A program made the translations under genes and the position numbers. The notes beneath the pieces are model-generated. The model was not told the DNA's origin. It was given only the letters and a program-made list of their open reading frames with translations, and ran no database searches. A stretch of 64,000 bases of DNA from Gemmatimonadaceae bacterium. Its GTDB lineage: Bacteria; Gemmatimonadota; Gemmatimonadetes; Gemmatimonadales; Gemmatimonadaceae. This document shows, one piece after another, positions 52,499-64,000 of this stretch. Numbering within the stretch: the first letter of the stretch is position 1; each line of letters begins with the position of its first letter. The DNA is taken from the NCBI GenBank assembly GCA_040901985.1, contig JBBDYC010000009.1:124364-188363 (forward strand). The letters run 5' to 3'.

Positions 52499-53083
52499 TC
52501 AGTCGGTGGGGCGGTAGAGCCGATGCGTCGTGATGTAGTCGGCGACCGCATCGGGCACGAGGCCGCGGATGGATCGCCCACTCCGCGCCCGCTCGCGGAT
52601 CTCGGTCGCCGAGAGGTCCACGCGCCGCGGGGTCAGGCGCTCGGCCCGGAACCCCGACGGCAACGCGCGACTCTCCGCGCCCCGCCCGGCCACGGCGATC
52701 CGCACCAGACCGGCGAGCGCCCCGGCCTCCCGCCACTGCGGCAGCGTCGCCGCCGTGTCCTCCCCCATCAGCAGGTAGAGGTCGGCGTCCGGGTGCGCGG
52801 CGCGGTAGCCCCGGACGGTGTCAATGGTGAAAGATAACCCCTCGCGCTCCACCTCGACCGGATCCACCTCGAGCCGACGGTCGGCGGCCGCCAGCAGCCG
52901 GGTCATCGCCAGCCGGTGACCGGCGGGCGTCATCGTGGCGTCCGCCTTGAGCGGCTGCCGTGCGGCGGGGATCAGCACCACCCGGGCGAGCGCGAGCTGG
53001 TCGAGCGCGTCGAACGCGAGCAGCAGGTGCCCGATGTGCGGCGGATCGAAGGTCCCGCCGAGGATCCCGAGGCGTCCGCTCAC
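52499..53083 (-). CDS. nadD: Nicotinate-nucleotide adenylyltransferase
   Basis: GGTFDPPHIGH, SFTIDT, LSATEIR. Confidence 0.95.
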   Translation of the reverse strand: MSGRLGILGGTFDPPHIGHLLLAFDALDQLALARVVLIPAARQPLKADATMTPAGHRLAMTRLLAAADRRLEVDPVEVEREGLSFTIDTVRGYRAAHPDADLYLLMGEDTAATLPQWREAGALAGLVRIAVAGRGAESRALPSGFRAERLTPRRVDLSATEIRERARSGRSIRGLVPDAVADYITTHRLYRPTD

Positions 53084-53093
53084 CGGCGCGCGG

Positions 53094-53867
53094 TCAGCGT
53101 GGGGCGGCGACCGGCGTCGAGTCCGCCGCCGGCAGCTTGCAGACGGCGAGGACCTCGGGATCGGTCGGGAATCCGCCCCGGAGGGCCGTGCAGACCTCCT
53201 CGGCGTCCTCCAGATAATTCATCGCCGGCAAGCGGTACACCTTCACCAGCTGGAGCATCGCCTGCCGCGCCTTGTCGGTGTTGGGCCAGTGGGCGACGAC
53301 GTCGGTGAAGTAGATGATCGCCGAGTCGTAGGCCCGGCGGCTGACGTAGTGCATCCCGGTCTCGAAGTCCTTGGTGGCGAACCATTCGTCGAGCCGCGCC
53401 AGCTCCGCCGTCGCCGAGTCCGCAAAGGGCGATTCGGGGAAGATCCCGGCGAGGAGCCGGTACTGGCCCTGCGCGAGGATCCCGTACTGCGGATCGAGCT
53501 CCGGCCGCCGCCAGAGCGCGGCGTAGGCGCGCCCGGAGTGGTAGAGCGCGTCGTCGGCGAAGGAGTCGTCGGGGAACTGCTCGGCGAGCCGCATGAAGCT
53601 CTGGGCGGCGAGCACACGCTCGTTGTTCTTCAGGCGCGCCTGCCCCAGGTACCAGTGCGCGAGCGGGAGCAACGTGTCGCGCGACGGGAGGTCGAACGTG
53701 AGCTTCTCGAAGGCGCGGATCGCGTCGTCCCAGCGCTCGCGCTGAAACCGGTCAACGCCGGCCCGGAAGAGGTCCCCGGAGGTCGAGAATCGCTGCACGT
53801 TCAGCGCCGGCACGCAGGCGACGGCAAGGACGAGCAGGAGGAGGGTGCGGGGCGTCAGCGAGCGCAT
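53094..53867 (-). CDS. bamD: Outer membrane assembly lipoprotein BamD
   Basis: Lipobox AVAC, TPRs, FPESPF, Y.SAIIYF. Confidence 0.8.
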   Translation of the reverse strand: MRSLTPRTLLLLVLAVACVPALNVQRFSTSGDLFRAGVDRFQRERWDDAIRAFEKLTFDLPSRDTLLPLAHWYLGQARLKNNERVLAAQSFMRLAEQFPDDSFADDALYHSGRAYAALWRRPELDPQYGILAQGQYRLLAGIFPESPFADSATAELARLDEWFATKDFETGMHYVSRRAYDSAIIYFTDVVAHWPNTDKARQAMLQLVKVYRLPAMNYLEDAEEVCTALRGGFPTDPEVLAVCKLPAADSTPVAAPR

Positions 53868-54819
53868 CAGGTCGGGGGCTGCATCCGCGCGGACCCGGAG
53901 AGTCCGCGAAAATAGTCAATGGTGCGGGCGAGTCCCTTGCGGAGCTCGATCGTGGGGGCCCAGCCGAGGAGCGTGCGGGCCCGCGTGATGTCGGGCTGGC
54001 GCACCTTCGGATCGTCCGTCGGCAGCGGATGGCTGATGATGGGCGACTTCGACCCGGTGAGTTCCACGACCAGCTCGGCGAGCTGGCGCACCGTGAACTC
54101 GTTCGGGTTGCCGATGTTCACCGGCATCCGTTCGTCACTCTGGAAGAGCCGGTAGATACCCTCCACCTCATCGTCCACGTAGCAGAACGAGCGGGTCTGG
54201 GTGCCGTCGCCGTACACGGTGAGCGGCTCCTCGTGCAGCGCCTGGACGATGAAGTTGGAGACCACGCGGCCGTCGTGCGGCCGCATCCGCGGGCCATACG
54301 TGTTGAAAATCCGGACGATCCGCGTGTCCACGTCCTGCGCCCGGTGATACGCCATCGTCATCGCCTCGGCGAAGCGCTTGGCCTCGTCGTAGCAGCCCCG
54401 CGGCCCGATCGGGTTGACGTTCCCCCAGTACGACTCGGGCTGGGGATGCACCTGCGGGTCGCCATAGACCTCGCTGGTGGACGCCAGGAGGAAGCGCGCG
54501 CCCTTGGCGAGCGCGAGCCCGAGCGCGTTGTGTGTGCCGAGCGAGCCGACCTTGAGGGTCTGGATCGGCATCTGCAGGTAGTCCACCGGACTCGCCGGCG
54601 AGGCAAAGTGCAGGACGCCATCGAGCGCGCCGGCGACGTACGAGTACTCCGAGATGTTGTGGCGGATGAAGCTGAACCGGTCGTGCCCCATCAGGTGCGC
54701 GATGTTGTCCGGATGCCCGGTGAGGAAGTTGTCGAGCCCGACGACCGTGTGGCCGTCGCGCAGGAATCGGTCGGAGAGATGCGAGCCGAGGAACCCCGCC
54801 GCACCGGTGATGAGGACCC

Positions 54820-54823
<4 letters not shown>
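53867..54823 (-). CDS. UDP-glucuronate decarboxylase (UXS-like SDR)
   Basis: [50 protein letters not shown]. Confidence 0.92.
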
Positions 54824-56123
<1,300 letters not shown>

Positions 56124-56127
<4 letters not shown>

Positions 56128-57482
56128 GCGTGGACCGCCGCCGGAGCGCCGCTGCCGAGAGCGGACGAGGTGAGATTGATGATCCGGGCGCGCGACGGGG
56201 TCGTCCGCGCCATCGCGTGCCGCGTGTCCACCACGAGATCGGCGTGGTCGGCGACGAACTGGTAGTCCACCGCGCCGTGCTCGGTCACGAGCACCACCGC
56301 GGCAGCGGCGGCGAGCGCCTGCGCGGTGAGTGCCACGCTCTGGTGCTCGCGGCCGTCCTCACGGAACGACGGCACGTGCGGATCGTGGTAGGACACGATC
56401 GCGCCGCGCTTCTCGAGCAGCCGCATCACGTCGAGCGCCGGGCTCTCGCGCATGTCGTCAATGTCGCGCTTGTAGGCGACGCCGAGGATCAGCACGCGGC
56501 TCCCCTTCACCGCCTTCTCCACCTCGTTCAGCCCCCAGACGACCTTCTCGACGACGTAGTCGGGCATTGCCGAGTTGACCTCGCTGGCGAGGTCAATGAA
56601 TCGCGTCTTGTAGTTGAGCGAGCGCATCTTCCAGGCCAGGTAGTGCGGGTCGAGGGGGATGCAGTGCCCTCCGATTCCCGGGCCGGGCGTGAACTTCATG
56701 AAGCCGAACGGCTTGGTGGCGGCCGCCTCGATCACTTCCCAGACGTCCACGCCCAGCCGGTCGCACACGATCGCCATCTCGTTGACCAGCCCGATGTTCA
56801 CCGACCGGAAGGTGTTCTCGAGGAGTTTCACCAGCTCCGCCGCCTCGGGCGACGAGACGGGGACCACGTGGTCAATCGTCGTCTCGTAGAACGCGATTGC
56901 CACCTCGTTGCAGGCCGGGGTGATCCCGCCGACGACCTTCGGCGTGTTCTTCGTGTGATAGACGGGGTTGCCCGGGTCCACCCGTTCGGGGCTGAAGGCG
57001 AGGAAGACGTCCTTGCCGACCGTGAGCCCGCGGTCCTCGAGCCGCGGTTGCAACACCTCGCGCGTCGTGCCCGGATACGTGGTGCTCTCCAGCACGATCA
57101 ACATCCCCGGGTGGGCGTGCGCGGCGACCGTCGCCGCCGCCGCCAGCACGTACGACATATCCGGGTCGCGCGTCTTGGCCAGCGGGGTCGGCACGGCAAT
57201 CGAGACCGTGTCGGCCGTGGCCAGGACACCCGGGTCAATGGTCGCCTTGAACGCGCCGGACGCCACGTGCCGCGCCACCGTGGCGGCCGGTACGTCCTGG
57301 ATGTGCGATTCGCCGCGCATCAGCAGCGCGACGACGCGCTCGCTCACGTCGTGGCCGACCACCGTGAACCCCGCCTCGCACAACTCCATCGCGAGGGGAA
57401 GTCCCACGTAGCCGAGGCCGACCACGGCGCTCGTCGCCGTGCGGGTCTCGATCTTCTTCAGCAGCTCGCGCTTCTTGCTCAT
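56124..57482 (-). CDS. UDP-N-acetylglucosamine 6-dehydrogenase (WbpA-like)
   Basis: GLGYVGLP, ESTTYPGTT, SPERVDPG, GIGGHCIPLDP. Confidence 0.88.
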
Positions 57483-58591
57483 GTGCCGAAAAACCCTCGC
57501 ACGGCGGTGACCACCTCGTCCAGTTGGGCGCGGGTGAGCTCCGGATAGACCGGGAGCGACACGACCTCGTGCGACGCGCGCTCGGCCTCCGGACAACTCC
57601 CCGCCTTATACCCGAGGTGGGCAAAGCAGGGCTGGAGGTGGAGCGGCAGCGGATAGTAGACCGAGTGGCCGATCCCCTTCGCCTTGAGGTGGTCCTTCAG
57701 CGCATCGCGCCTCGCGACGCGGATGGTGTATTGGTTGAAGATTGACTCGTTGGCCGGGTCAATGTACGGCGTGGTGATCCCGTCCACGCCGGCGAAGGCC
57801 GCCGAGTAGTAGGCGGCGTTCTCGCGCCGCTTCGCGCTCCACGCGGCGAGGTGGGGGAGCTTGGCCGAGAGCACCACGGCCTGCAGCGCGTCGAGCCGCG
57901 AGTTGTACCCGACCTCCTCGTGCAGGTAGGTCTGCACCGACCCGTGCGTGCGCAGCCGCATCAGCCGCTTGAAGAGCGTCTCGTCCTGCGTGACGATCAT
58001 CCCGCCATCGCCGTAGCCGCCGAGGTTCTTGGATGGGAAGAACGAGAAGGTGCCGATTGTCGCGGCCTCGCCGGCCATCGTCCACCGGCCGCCGACCTTG
58101 CGGCGCGCGCCGATGCTCTGCGCGGCGTCCTCGATGATCGGCATCGCGGGGAGGAGGCGACGGATCTCCTCGAGCGGCGCGATCTGCCCGAAGAGGTCCA
58201 CCGGGATCACGGCCTTGGTCTTCGTGGTCACCGCCGCCGCCGCGAGGTCGGGGCGGATGTTGAAGGTCTTCGGGTCAATGTCCACGAAGACCGGCGTCGC
58301 GCCGACGTTGTGGATCGTGCCCGCGGTCGCGAAGAAGGTGAAGGGCGTGGTGACGACCTCGTCGCCGCGGCCGATGTCCAGGGCGCGCATCGCGATGAGG
58401 ATCGCGTCGGTGCCGTTGGCGCAGCCGACGGCGTACTTGGTGTGCGAAAGCTCGGCAACCGCACGCTCGAGCTCCACCACCGGCGCGCCGAGGATGAAGG
58501 CCTGGTCGTCAACGACCTGCAGCATTGACCGCACGACCGCGTCACGGATCGTGGAGTGCTGGGCCTTGAGATCGAGCAGCGGGACGGCCAT
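57479..58591 (-). CDS. DegT/DnrJ/EryC1/StrS aminotransferase (WbpE-like)
   Basis: NGTDA, EDAAQSIGA, SFFPSKNLGGYGDGG, YNSRLDALQ. Confidence 0.9.
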   Translation of the reverse strand: MAVPLLDLKAQHSTIRDAVVRSMLQVVDDQAFILGAPVVELERAVAELSHTKYAVGCANGTDAILIAMRALDIGRGDEVVTTPFTFFATAGTIHNVGATPVFVDIDPKTFNIRPDLAAAAVTTKTKAVIPVDLFGQIAPLEEIRRLLPAMPIIEDAAQSIGARRKVGGRWTMAGEAATIGTFSFFPSKNLGGYGDGGMIVTQDETLFKRLMRLRTHGSVQTYLHEEVGYNSRLDALQAVVLSAKLPHLAAWSAKRRENAAYYSAAFAGVDGITTPYIDPANESIFNQYTIRVARRDALKDHLKAKGIGHSVYYPLPLHLQPCFAHLGYKAGSCPEAERASHEVVSLPVYPELTRAQLDEVVTAVRGFFGT

Positions 58592-58721
58592 CTGGGTCGG
58601 GGCGGGTCGAAAGAGGCCGGATGGCCGGAAAGGGTTCCTGTCGAGCTATGTAAGTTCGCCGGGGGCAGCGACATAGTCAACGAATGCACGTCGTTCCGCC
58701 CCCTTCGGGGCAGTGGCCGCC

Positions 58722-59768
58722 CTAGCGCCCGCTCGCCAGGGGGAGCGGGACTTCCCGCCCGGTCTTCGCCGACTCGTAGATGCCGAGGATCAGCTCGAGC
58801 GATTTCCGCCCGCCTCGCCCGTCGGTGTCGGGGCTGGCTTCGCCGCGAAGCACCTTCAGGACGTTCCGGTAGTAGGGCTCGTGGCCGAAGCCGTAGACGG
58901 AACCCGGGGTCGTGCTCGACGCCTCGATCAGCTTGTCGTCGTCATCGTAGTCGGCAAACTGCCAGTGCTCGATTCGGTTCACCGCCGTGCCGCCGAGGCG
59001 GGCGGTCCCACGCTCCCCGATGATCGTAATTGATCCTTCATAGTTCCTCGGATAGGTCAGCATCGTGACCTCCATCACCCCGATCGCCCCGTTCCGAAAT
59101 CGGAGGATCGCCGCGCCGCTATCCTCGGCCTCAATCCGTCGGGCCATCGTGGCGGTCTTCGCCATCACACTCTCGACGGGGCCGACGAGCCATTGCACGA
59201 GATCCACGTAGTGCGAGGCCTGATTCATGAACGCCCCGCCGTCGAACTCCCACGTCCCGCGCCAAGGCGCCTGGTCGTAATACTCCTGGGGACGCGCCCA
59301 TCGCACCGTCGCGTTCACCATGAAGATCCGGCCGAACCGCCCTTTCTCGATGGCGCGGCGCAGGAGCTGCACCGACGGGTTCAGTCGGTTCTGTTTGACG
59401 ACGAAGAGGTGCACTCCGGCCGCGTCGCACGCCGCCACCAGCGCATCGGCAGACGCCAGCGAGATTGCCATCGGCTTCTCGGACACCACGTGCTTCCCGG
59501 CCTTCGCGGCCAGCACGCCGTGCGCGGGGTGCAGGCCCGAGGGCGTGGCGATCGACACCACGTCGCAGGGGACGTCCGCGAGCATCTTCTCCTGGCTCTT
59601 GAACCACGGAACGCCCCACTTCTCGCCGGCCGCTTGCGCCCGCTCCTCGACGACGTCGCAGACGGCGACGAGGGAGAGACCCTCGATCCGCGACAGCGCC
59701 TCGAAGTGATTCCCGCTGATGCGGCCGCACCCGACGAATGCGACCCGAAAGTTCTGCTTCGCCGTCAC
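58722..59768 (-). CDS. Gfo/Idh/MocA oxidoreductase (WbpB/WlbA-like UDP-GlcNAcA 3-dehydrogenase)
   Basis: [42 protein letters not shown]. Confidence 0.88.
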   Translation of the reverse strand: MTAKQNFRVAFVGCGRISGNHFEALSRIEGLSLVAVCDVVEERAQAAGEKWGVPWFKSQEKMLADVPCDVVSIATPSGLHPAHGVLAAKAGKHVVSEKPMAISLASADALVAACDAAGVHLFVVKQNRLNPSVQLLRRAIEKGRFGRIFMVNATVRWARPQEYYDQAPWRGTWEFDGGAFMNQASHYVDLVQWLVGPVESVMAKTATMARRIEAEDSGAAILRFRNGAIGVMEVTMLTYPRNYEGSITIIGERGTARLGGTAVNRIEHWQFADYDDDDKLIEASSTTPGSVYGFGHEPYYRNVLKVLRGEASPDTDGRGGRKSLELILGIYESAKTGREVPLPLASGR

Positions 59769-60352
59769 GGCCTGGCTCCCGCAAGAGGTTCGATTCCCCA
59801 CTTCGTCTCCGCATACGTCGCGCCGCACGAGCCACAGGTGTAGCGTCCGGCCGCGGGCGCCGGAAGTTTCTCGCCACACCTGCACATCCATCCAATCCGC
59901 CGCGCCGGCACCCCAGCCATCATCGCATACGGGACCACGTCCCGCGTGATGACCGCCCCCGCCCCCACGAACGCATACTCCCCGAGGGTCACGCCGCAGA
60001 CGATTGTCGCATTCGCGCCGATGCTGGCCCCGCGCCGGACGAGCGTGCGCTGGTACTCGTGCTTCCGGACGACGTGACTTCGCGGATTCATCACGTTCGT
60101 GAACACCATCGAGGGCCCGCAGAATACATCGTCCTCGAGCTCGACGCCCTCGTAGATGGACACGTTGTTCTGCACCTTGACGTTCCGTCCGAGCTTGACG
60201 CCGTTCATCACCACGACGTTCTGCCCGAGTGAGCAGGCCTCGCCGATCACGGCCCCCGGCATCACGTGGCAAAAGTGCCAAATCTTCGTGCCCTTGCCGA
60301 CCTGCGCGCCGGCATCGACGAAACTGGATTCGTGCACGAAGTAGTCGGTCAT
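59765..60352 (-). CDS. Hexapeptide N-acetyltransferase (WbpD-like)
   Basis: [41 protein letters not shown]-terminal CxCG...CxxC. Confidence 0.9.
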   Translation of the reverse strand: MTDYFVHESSFVDAGAQVGKGTKIWHFCHVMPGAVIGEACSLGQNVVVMNGVKLGRNVKVQNNVSIYEGVELEDDVFCGPSMVFTNVMNPRSHVVRKHEYQRTLVRRGASIGANATIVCGVTLGEYAFVGAGAVITRDVVPYAMMAGVPARRIGWMCRCGEKLPAPAAGRYTCGSCGATYAETKWGIEPLAGARP

Positions 60353-63300
60353 CCAATCGTCTCCTGCCACTCCTGCAGCGACCGCACCGTCGCCGGCCGG
60401 GTCCGCATGGACTCGATCGCGTCGCAGGCCGCACTCGCCGCGGAGAGCGTGGTGGTGTACGGCACGCGGTGCGCAATCGCCGCCTGCCGGAGCGAATAAT
60501 CGTCCTTCTGCGCCCGCTTGCCCAGCGGCGTGTTGATCAGCAGCTGCAGGCTCCCGTTCACCATCAGGTCAATGCCGTTGGGCCGCCCCGCGCTCACCTT
60601 GAAGACCCGCTCGGCCGCCACCCCCTGCCCCTCGAGATAGCGCGCCGTGCCCTCGGTGGCCACCAGCCCGAATCCCATCGCCGCGAACCGCGTCGCGATC
60701 CCCGCCGCCTCGGCCTTGTCGTGGTCGTTCACCGTCAGCATCAGACGCCCCTCCCGCGGCAGTCCGTTCCCCGCCGCCAGTTGCGCCTTGGCGAACGCCG
60801 TGCCGAAGGTGTCGCTGATCCCCATCACCTCGCCGGTCGAGCGCATCTCCGGCCCGAGGATCGGGTCGAACTCGCGGAACTTCGCGAACGGGAACACCGC
60901 CTCCTTGACGCTCACGTACGGCGCCACGATCTCCTCGGTGAAGCCGAGGGCGCCGAGCGACTCGCCGAGCATCACGCGCGCCGCCAGCGAGGCGAGGGGC
61001 CGGCCGATGGCCTTTGACACGAACGGGATCGTCCGCGACGCGCGCGGATTCACCTCGAGCACGTAGACCACGCCATCCTTCAGCGCGTATTGCACGTTGA
61101 TCAACCCGACGACGCCGAGCGCCTTGGCGAACGCCACCGTGTGCCGGCGCATCTCGTCCTGATGCTCCATCGAGATCAGGTAGGGCGGCAGCACGCAGGC
61201 CGAGTCCCCGGAGTGGATTCCCGCGTCCTCGATGTGCTCCATCACCCCGCCGATCACGGTCATCGTGCCATCCGAGATCGCGTCCACGTCGGCCTCGAAG
61301 GCATCCTCCAGGAAGGCGTCCACCAGCACCGGCCGGTCCTCGGAGACGCGGACGGCGCGCCCAAAGTAGTCGCGGAGCGACGGCTCGTCATAGACGATCT
61401 CCATCGCCCGGCCACCGAGCACGTAGCTCGGCCGCAGGAGCACCGGGTAGCCAATCCGGTCGGCGATCACGACGGCCTGCTCGACGCTCGTCGCCGTCCC
61501 GTTGGGCGGCTGCTGCACGCCGAGCCCGCGCGCCAGCTCCTCGAACCGCCGACGGTCCTCGGCGATGTCAATCGCCTCCGGCGACGTCCCAAGGATGCGC
61601 ACCCCCGCGGCCTCGAGCGGCTTCACCAGCTTGAGCGGCGTCTGGCCCCCGAGCTGGACGATCACCCCCACCGGCTGCTCGCGCTCGACGATCTCGAGGA
61701 CGTCCTCGAAGGTCAGCGGCTCGAAGTAGAGCTTGTCCGAGGTGTCGTAGTCGGTCGAGACGGTCTCCGGATTCGAGTTGACCATGATGGTCTCGTAGCC
61801 GGCCTCGCGGAGCGCCATCGCCGCGCGCACGCAGCAGTAGTCGAACTCGACCCCCTGCCCGATCCGGTTCGGCCCGCTGCCGAGGATCACCACCGACTTG
61901 CGGCCCGAACGCGGCGACTCCGATTCCTCGTCGTACGACGAGTAGAGGTACGGCGTATTCGACGGGAACTCGCCGGCACAGGTATCCACCATCTTGTACG
62001 CGGGGCGGATGTCGAACCCCCAGCGCCGCTCGCGTGCGGCCTGCTCGCTCTCGCCGCGGAGCGCGCCGAGTTGCCGGTCGGAGAAGCCCATCCGCTTCAT
62101 CCGGCGCACGGCGCGCGCGTCGGGCGTCGTGAGCGAGGCAAACGCGCGCTCGGCGTCCAGCAGCTCGGCGAACTGGTGGAGGAACCAGGGGTCCACGCCG
62201 GTCCGCCGGTGGATCTCCTCGACCGTCATCCCGAGGACCAGCGCGCGCTTGATCTGGAAGACGCGCTCCGGCACCGGCACGGCGAGCGCGGTGCGGACGG
62301 CATCGAGGGAGTCGTCGGCGACTCGGTCGTCCGCCGGACGCGCGCCGACGCTCCATCCCGGCCGCCCCGTCTCGAGCGCCCGCAGCCCCTTCTGGAACGC
62401 CTCCTTGAACGTGCGCCCGATCGCCATGGACTCGCCGACCGACTTCATCTGCGTCGTCAGGTTCGGGTTGGCCCCGGGGAACTTCTCGAACGCGAAGCGC
62501 GGCACCTTCACCACGACGTAGTCGAGCACCGGCTCGAAGCTCGCCGGCGTCGTCTTGGTGATGTCGTTGGGGATCTCGTCGAGGTGATACCCGACGGCGA
62601 GCTTGGTCCCGATGCGCGCAATCGCGAAGCCGGTGGCCTTGGACGCCAGCGCCGACGAGCGCGAGACGCGGGGGTTCATCTCGATGACGACCATCTCGCC
62701 ATCCGCGGGATTTACGGCGAACTGGATGTTGCACCCGCCCGCCGCCACGCCGATCTCGCGGATCACCTGGATGGCCGCGTCGCGCATGGTCTGGTATTCG
62801 CGGTCCGACAACGTCATCGCCGGCGCGACGGTGACGGAATCGCCGGTATGCACGCCCATCGGATCAATGTTCTCGATCGAGCAGATGATGACGACGTTGT
62901 CGGCCGAGTCGCGCATCACCTCGAGCTCGTACTCCTTCCACCCGATCAGCGAGCGCTCGATCAGCACCTGCGAGATCGGCGACTCGTCGAGGCCGCGGCG
63001 GACGATTTGCTCGTACTCCTCCCGGTTATAGGCGATGCCGCCGCCGGAGCCGCCGAGCGTGAAGGCCGGACGGATGATCGCCGGGAACCCCGTCCACTCG
63101 GCGACGTCGAGCGCCTCCGGCCAGGTCGTCGCGATCCGCCCCTCGGGGCACTTGAGCCCGATCCGCGCCATCGCCTCGCCAAAGAGCTTGCGGTCCTCGG
63201 CGACGGCGATTGCCCGCGCGTTGGCGCCGATCAGCTCGACGCCGTGCTTGGCGAGGACGCCGCGCTCGTGCAGCGTCATCGCGACGTTGAGGGCGGTCTG

Positions 63301-63576
63301 GCCGCCCATCGTCGGGAGGAGGGCGTCGGGCCGCTCGCGCTCGATGATCAGCTCGACGAACTCGGGCGTCACCGGCTCGATGTAGGTGCGGTCGGCGATC
63401 TCGGGGTCCGTCATGATCGTCGCCGGATTCGAGTTGACGAGGATTACCTCGTACCCGTCGTCGCGGAGGGCCTTGGCGGCCTGGGTGCCGGAGTAATCGA
63501 ACTCGGCACCCTGCCCGATGACGATCGGGCCGGAACCGATGAGCAGGATGCGATGGATGTCGTTACGACGCGGCAT
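60349..63576 (-). CDS. carB: Carbamoyl-phosphate synthase large subunit
   Basis: [54 protein letters not shown] domain. Confidence 0.98.
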   Translation of the reverse strand: MPRRNDIHRILLIGSGPIVIGQGAEFDYSGTQAAKALRDDGYEVILVNSNPATIMTDPEIADRTYIEPVTPEFVELIIERERPDALLPTMGGQTALNVAMTLHERGVLAKHGVELIGANARAIAVAEDRKLFGEAMARIGLKCPEGRIATTWPEALDVAEWTGFPAIIRPAFTLGGSGGGIAYNREEYEQIVRRGLDESPISQVLIERSLIGWKEYELEVMRDSADNVVIICSIENIDPMGVHTGDSVTVAPAMTLSDREYQTMRDAAIQVIREIGVAAGGCNIQFAVNPADGEMVVIEMNPRVSRSSALASKATGFAIARIGTKLAVGYHLDEIPNDITKTTPASFEPVLDYVVVKVPRFAFEKFPGANPNLTTQMKSVGESMAIGRTFKEAFQKGLRALETGRPGWSVGARPADDRVADDSLDAVRTALAVPVPERVFQIKRALVLGMTVEEIHRRTGVDPWFLHQFAELLDAERAFASLTTPDARAVRRMKRMGFSDRQLGALRGESEQAARERRWGFDIRPAYKMVDTCAGEFPSNTPYLYSSYDEESESPRSGRKSVVILGSGPNRIGQGVEFDYCCVRAAMALREAGYETIMVNSNPETVSTDYDTSDKLYFEPLTFEDVLEIVEREQPVGVIVQLGGQTPLKLVKPLEAAGVRILGTSPEAIDIAEDRRRFEELARGLGVQQPPNGTATSVEQAVVIADRIGYPVLLRPSYVLGGRAMEIVYDEPSLRDYFGRAVRVSEDRPVLVDAFLEDAFEADVDAISDGTMTVIGGVMEHIEDAGIHSGDSACVLPPYLISMEHQDEMRRHTVAFAKALGVVGLINVQYALKDGVVYVLEVNPRASRTIPFVSKAIGRPLASLAARVMLGESLGALGFTEEIVAPYVSVKEAVFPFAKFREFDPILGPEMRSTGEVMGISDTFGTAFAKAQLAAGNGLPREGRLMLTVNDHDKAEAAGIATRFAAMGFGLVATEGTARYLEGQGVAAERVFKVSAGRPNGIDLMVNGSLQLLINTPLGKRAQKDDYSLRQAAIAHRVPYTTTLSAASAACDAIESMRTRPATVRSLQEWQETIG

Positions 63577-64000
63577 CGAGGAGGTCGTCAATGATGTCGG
63601 CGCGCGTGCGGCGGGGAGTCCACCCCGTCGCCGCGCGGAGCTTGGCGGCGTCGCCCACGAGCGCCGGGACATCCACCGCGCGCTGCAGCGCCGGGTCGGG
63701 CGCAAGGGACGCCGTGACGCCGGCGCGCGCGAGCACCTCGGCGGCCAGTTCCCCGACCGTCACCCCACTCCCGCTGCAGACGTTGTAGACCTCGCCCGGC
63801 GTGCCGTGCGCGACCAGCTGAATATACGCGGCGGTCACGTCCTCCACGTGGAGGAAATCGCGGACGACCTCGGTGTTGCCGATCGCCACGGACCGCCCGG
63901 GCGCCTGGCGCGCGGCGACCGCGCGCGCGACGAGCGCCGGCAGGAGGAACTGCGGCGCCTGCCCTCGGCCCGAGTGATTGAACGACCGCGTGGCGACGAC
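63563..64000 (-). CDS. GDP-sugar SDR (Rmd / GDP-mannose 4,6-dehydratase family), 5' partial
   Basis: ...[17 protein letters not shown]...[17 protein letters not shown]...GEVYNVCSG...GD..KL...TGW; frame is open to the window edge. Confidence 0.85.
   Translation of the reverse strand, partial: VVATRSFNHSGRGQAPQFLLPALVARAVAARQAPGRSVAIGNTEVVRDFLHVEDVTAAYIQLVAHGTPGEVYNVCSGSGVTVGELAAEVLARAGVTASLAPDPALQRAVDVPALVGDAAKLRAATGWTPRRTRADIIDDLLDAAS

Overview
This is a very GC-rich bacterial core-genome region; gene content and protein style suggest Gemmatimonadota, which is an inference only. About 45 CDSs lie almost entirely on the minus strand. In order: ftsK; a Ser/Thr-kinase module; accC-pilT/U-accB; an M24 peptidase; hflX; rarA; a ZIP transporter; aroQ; two large TPR proteins; a ppiD-like gene (plus strand); tatA; a polyprenyl synthase; hutIUH; an lptD-like gene; tatC; the tol-pal cluster; ssb; rimI-tsaB-tsaE; uvrB; rel; radC; secA; nadD; bamD; a nucleotide-sugar cluster (uxs, ugd, wbpA/E/B/D-like); carB; and a partial rmd-like gene. 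I found no tRNA, rRNA, transposase or CRISPR array. The most striking unexplained signal is non-coding: five copies of a ~125-150 nt rod-like hairpin element (750-875, 1033-1154, 8331-8479, 28510-28634, 28769-28898). The unpaired core is nearly invariant (GTAGCAAGAGAC...GGYTCGCAGCGTSTAA) while the stems change sequence but keep pairing. Four copies form two divergent doublets of similar spacing. Also present are intergenic purine/pyrimidine heptamer arrays, a repeated 32-bp hairpin and several leaderless-type -10 boxes.
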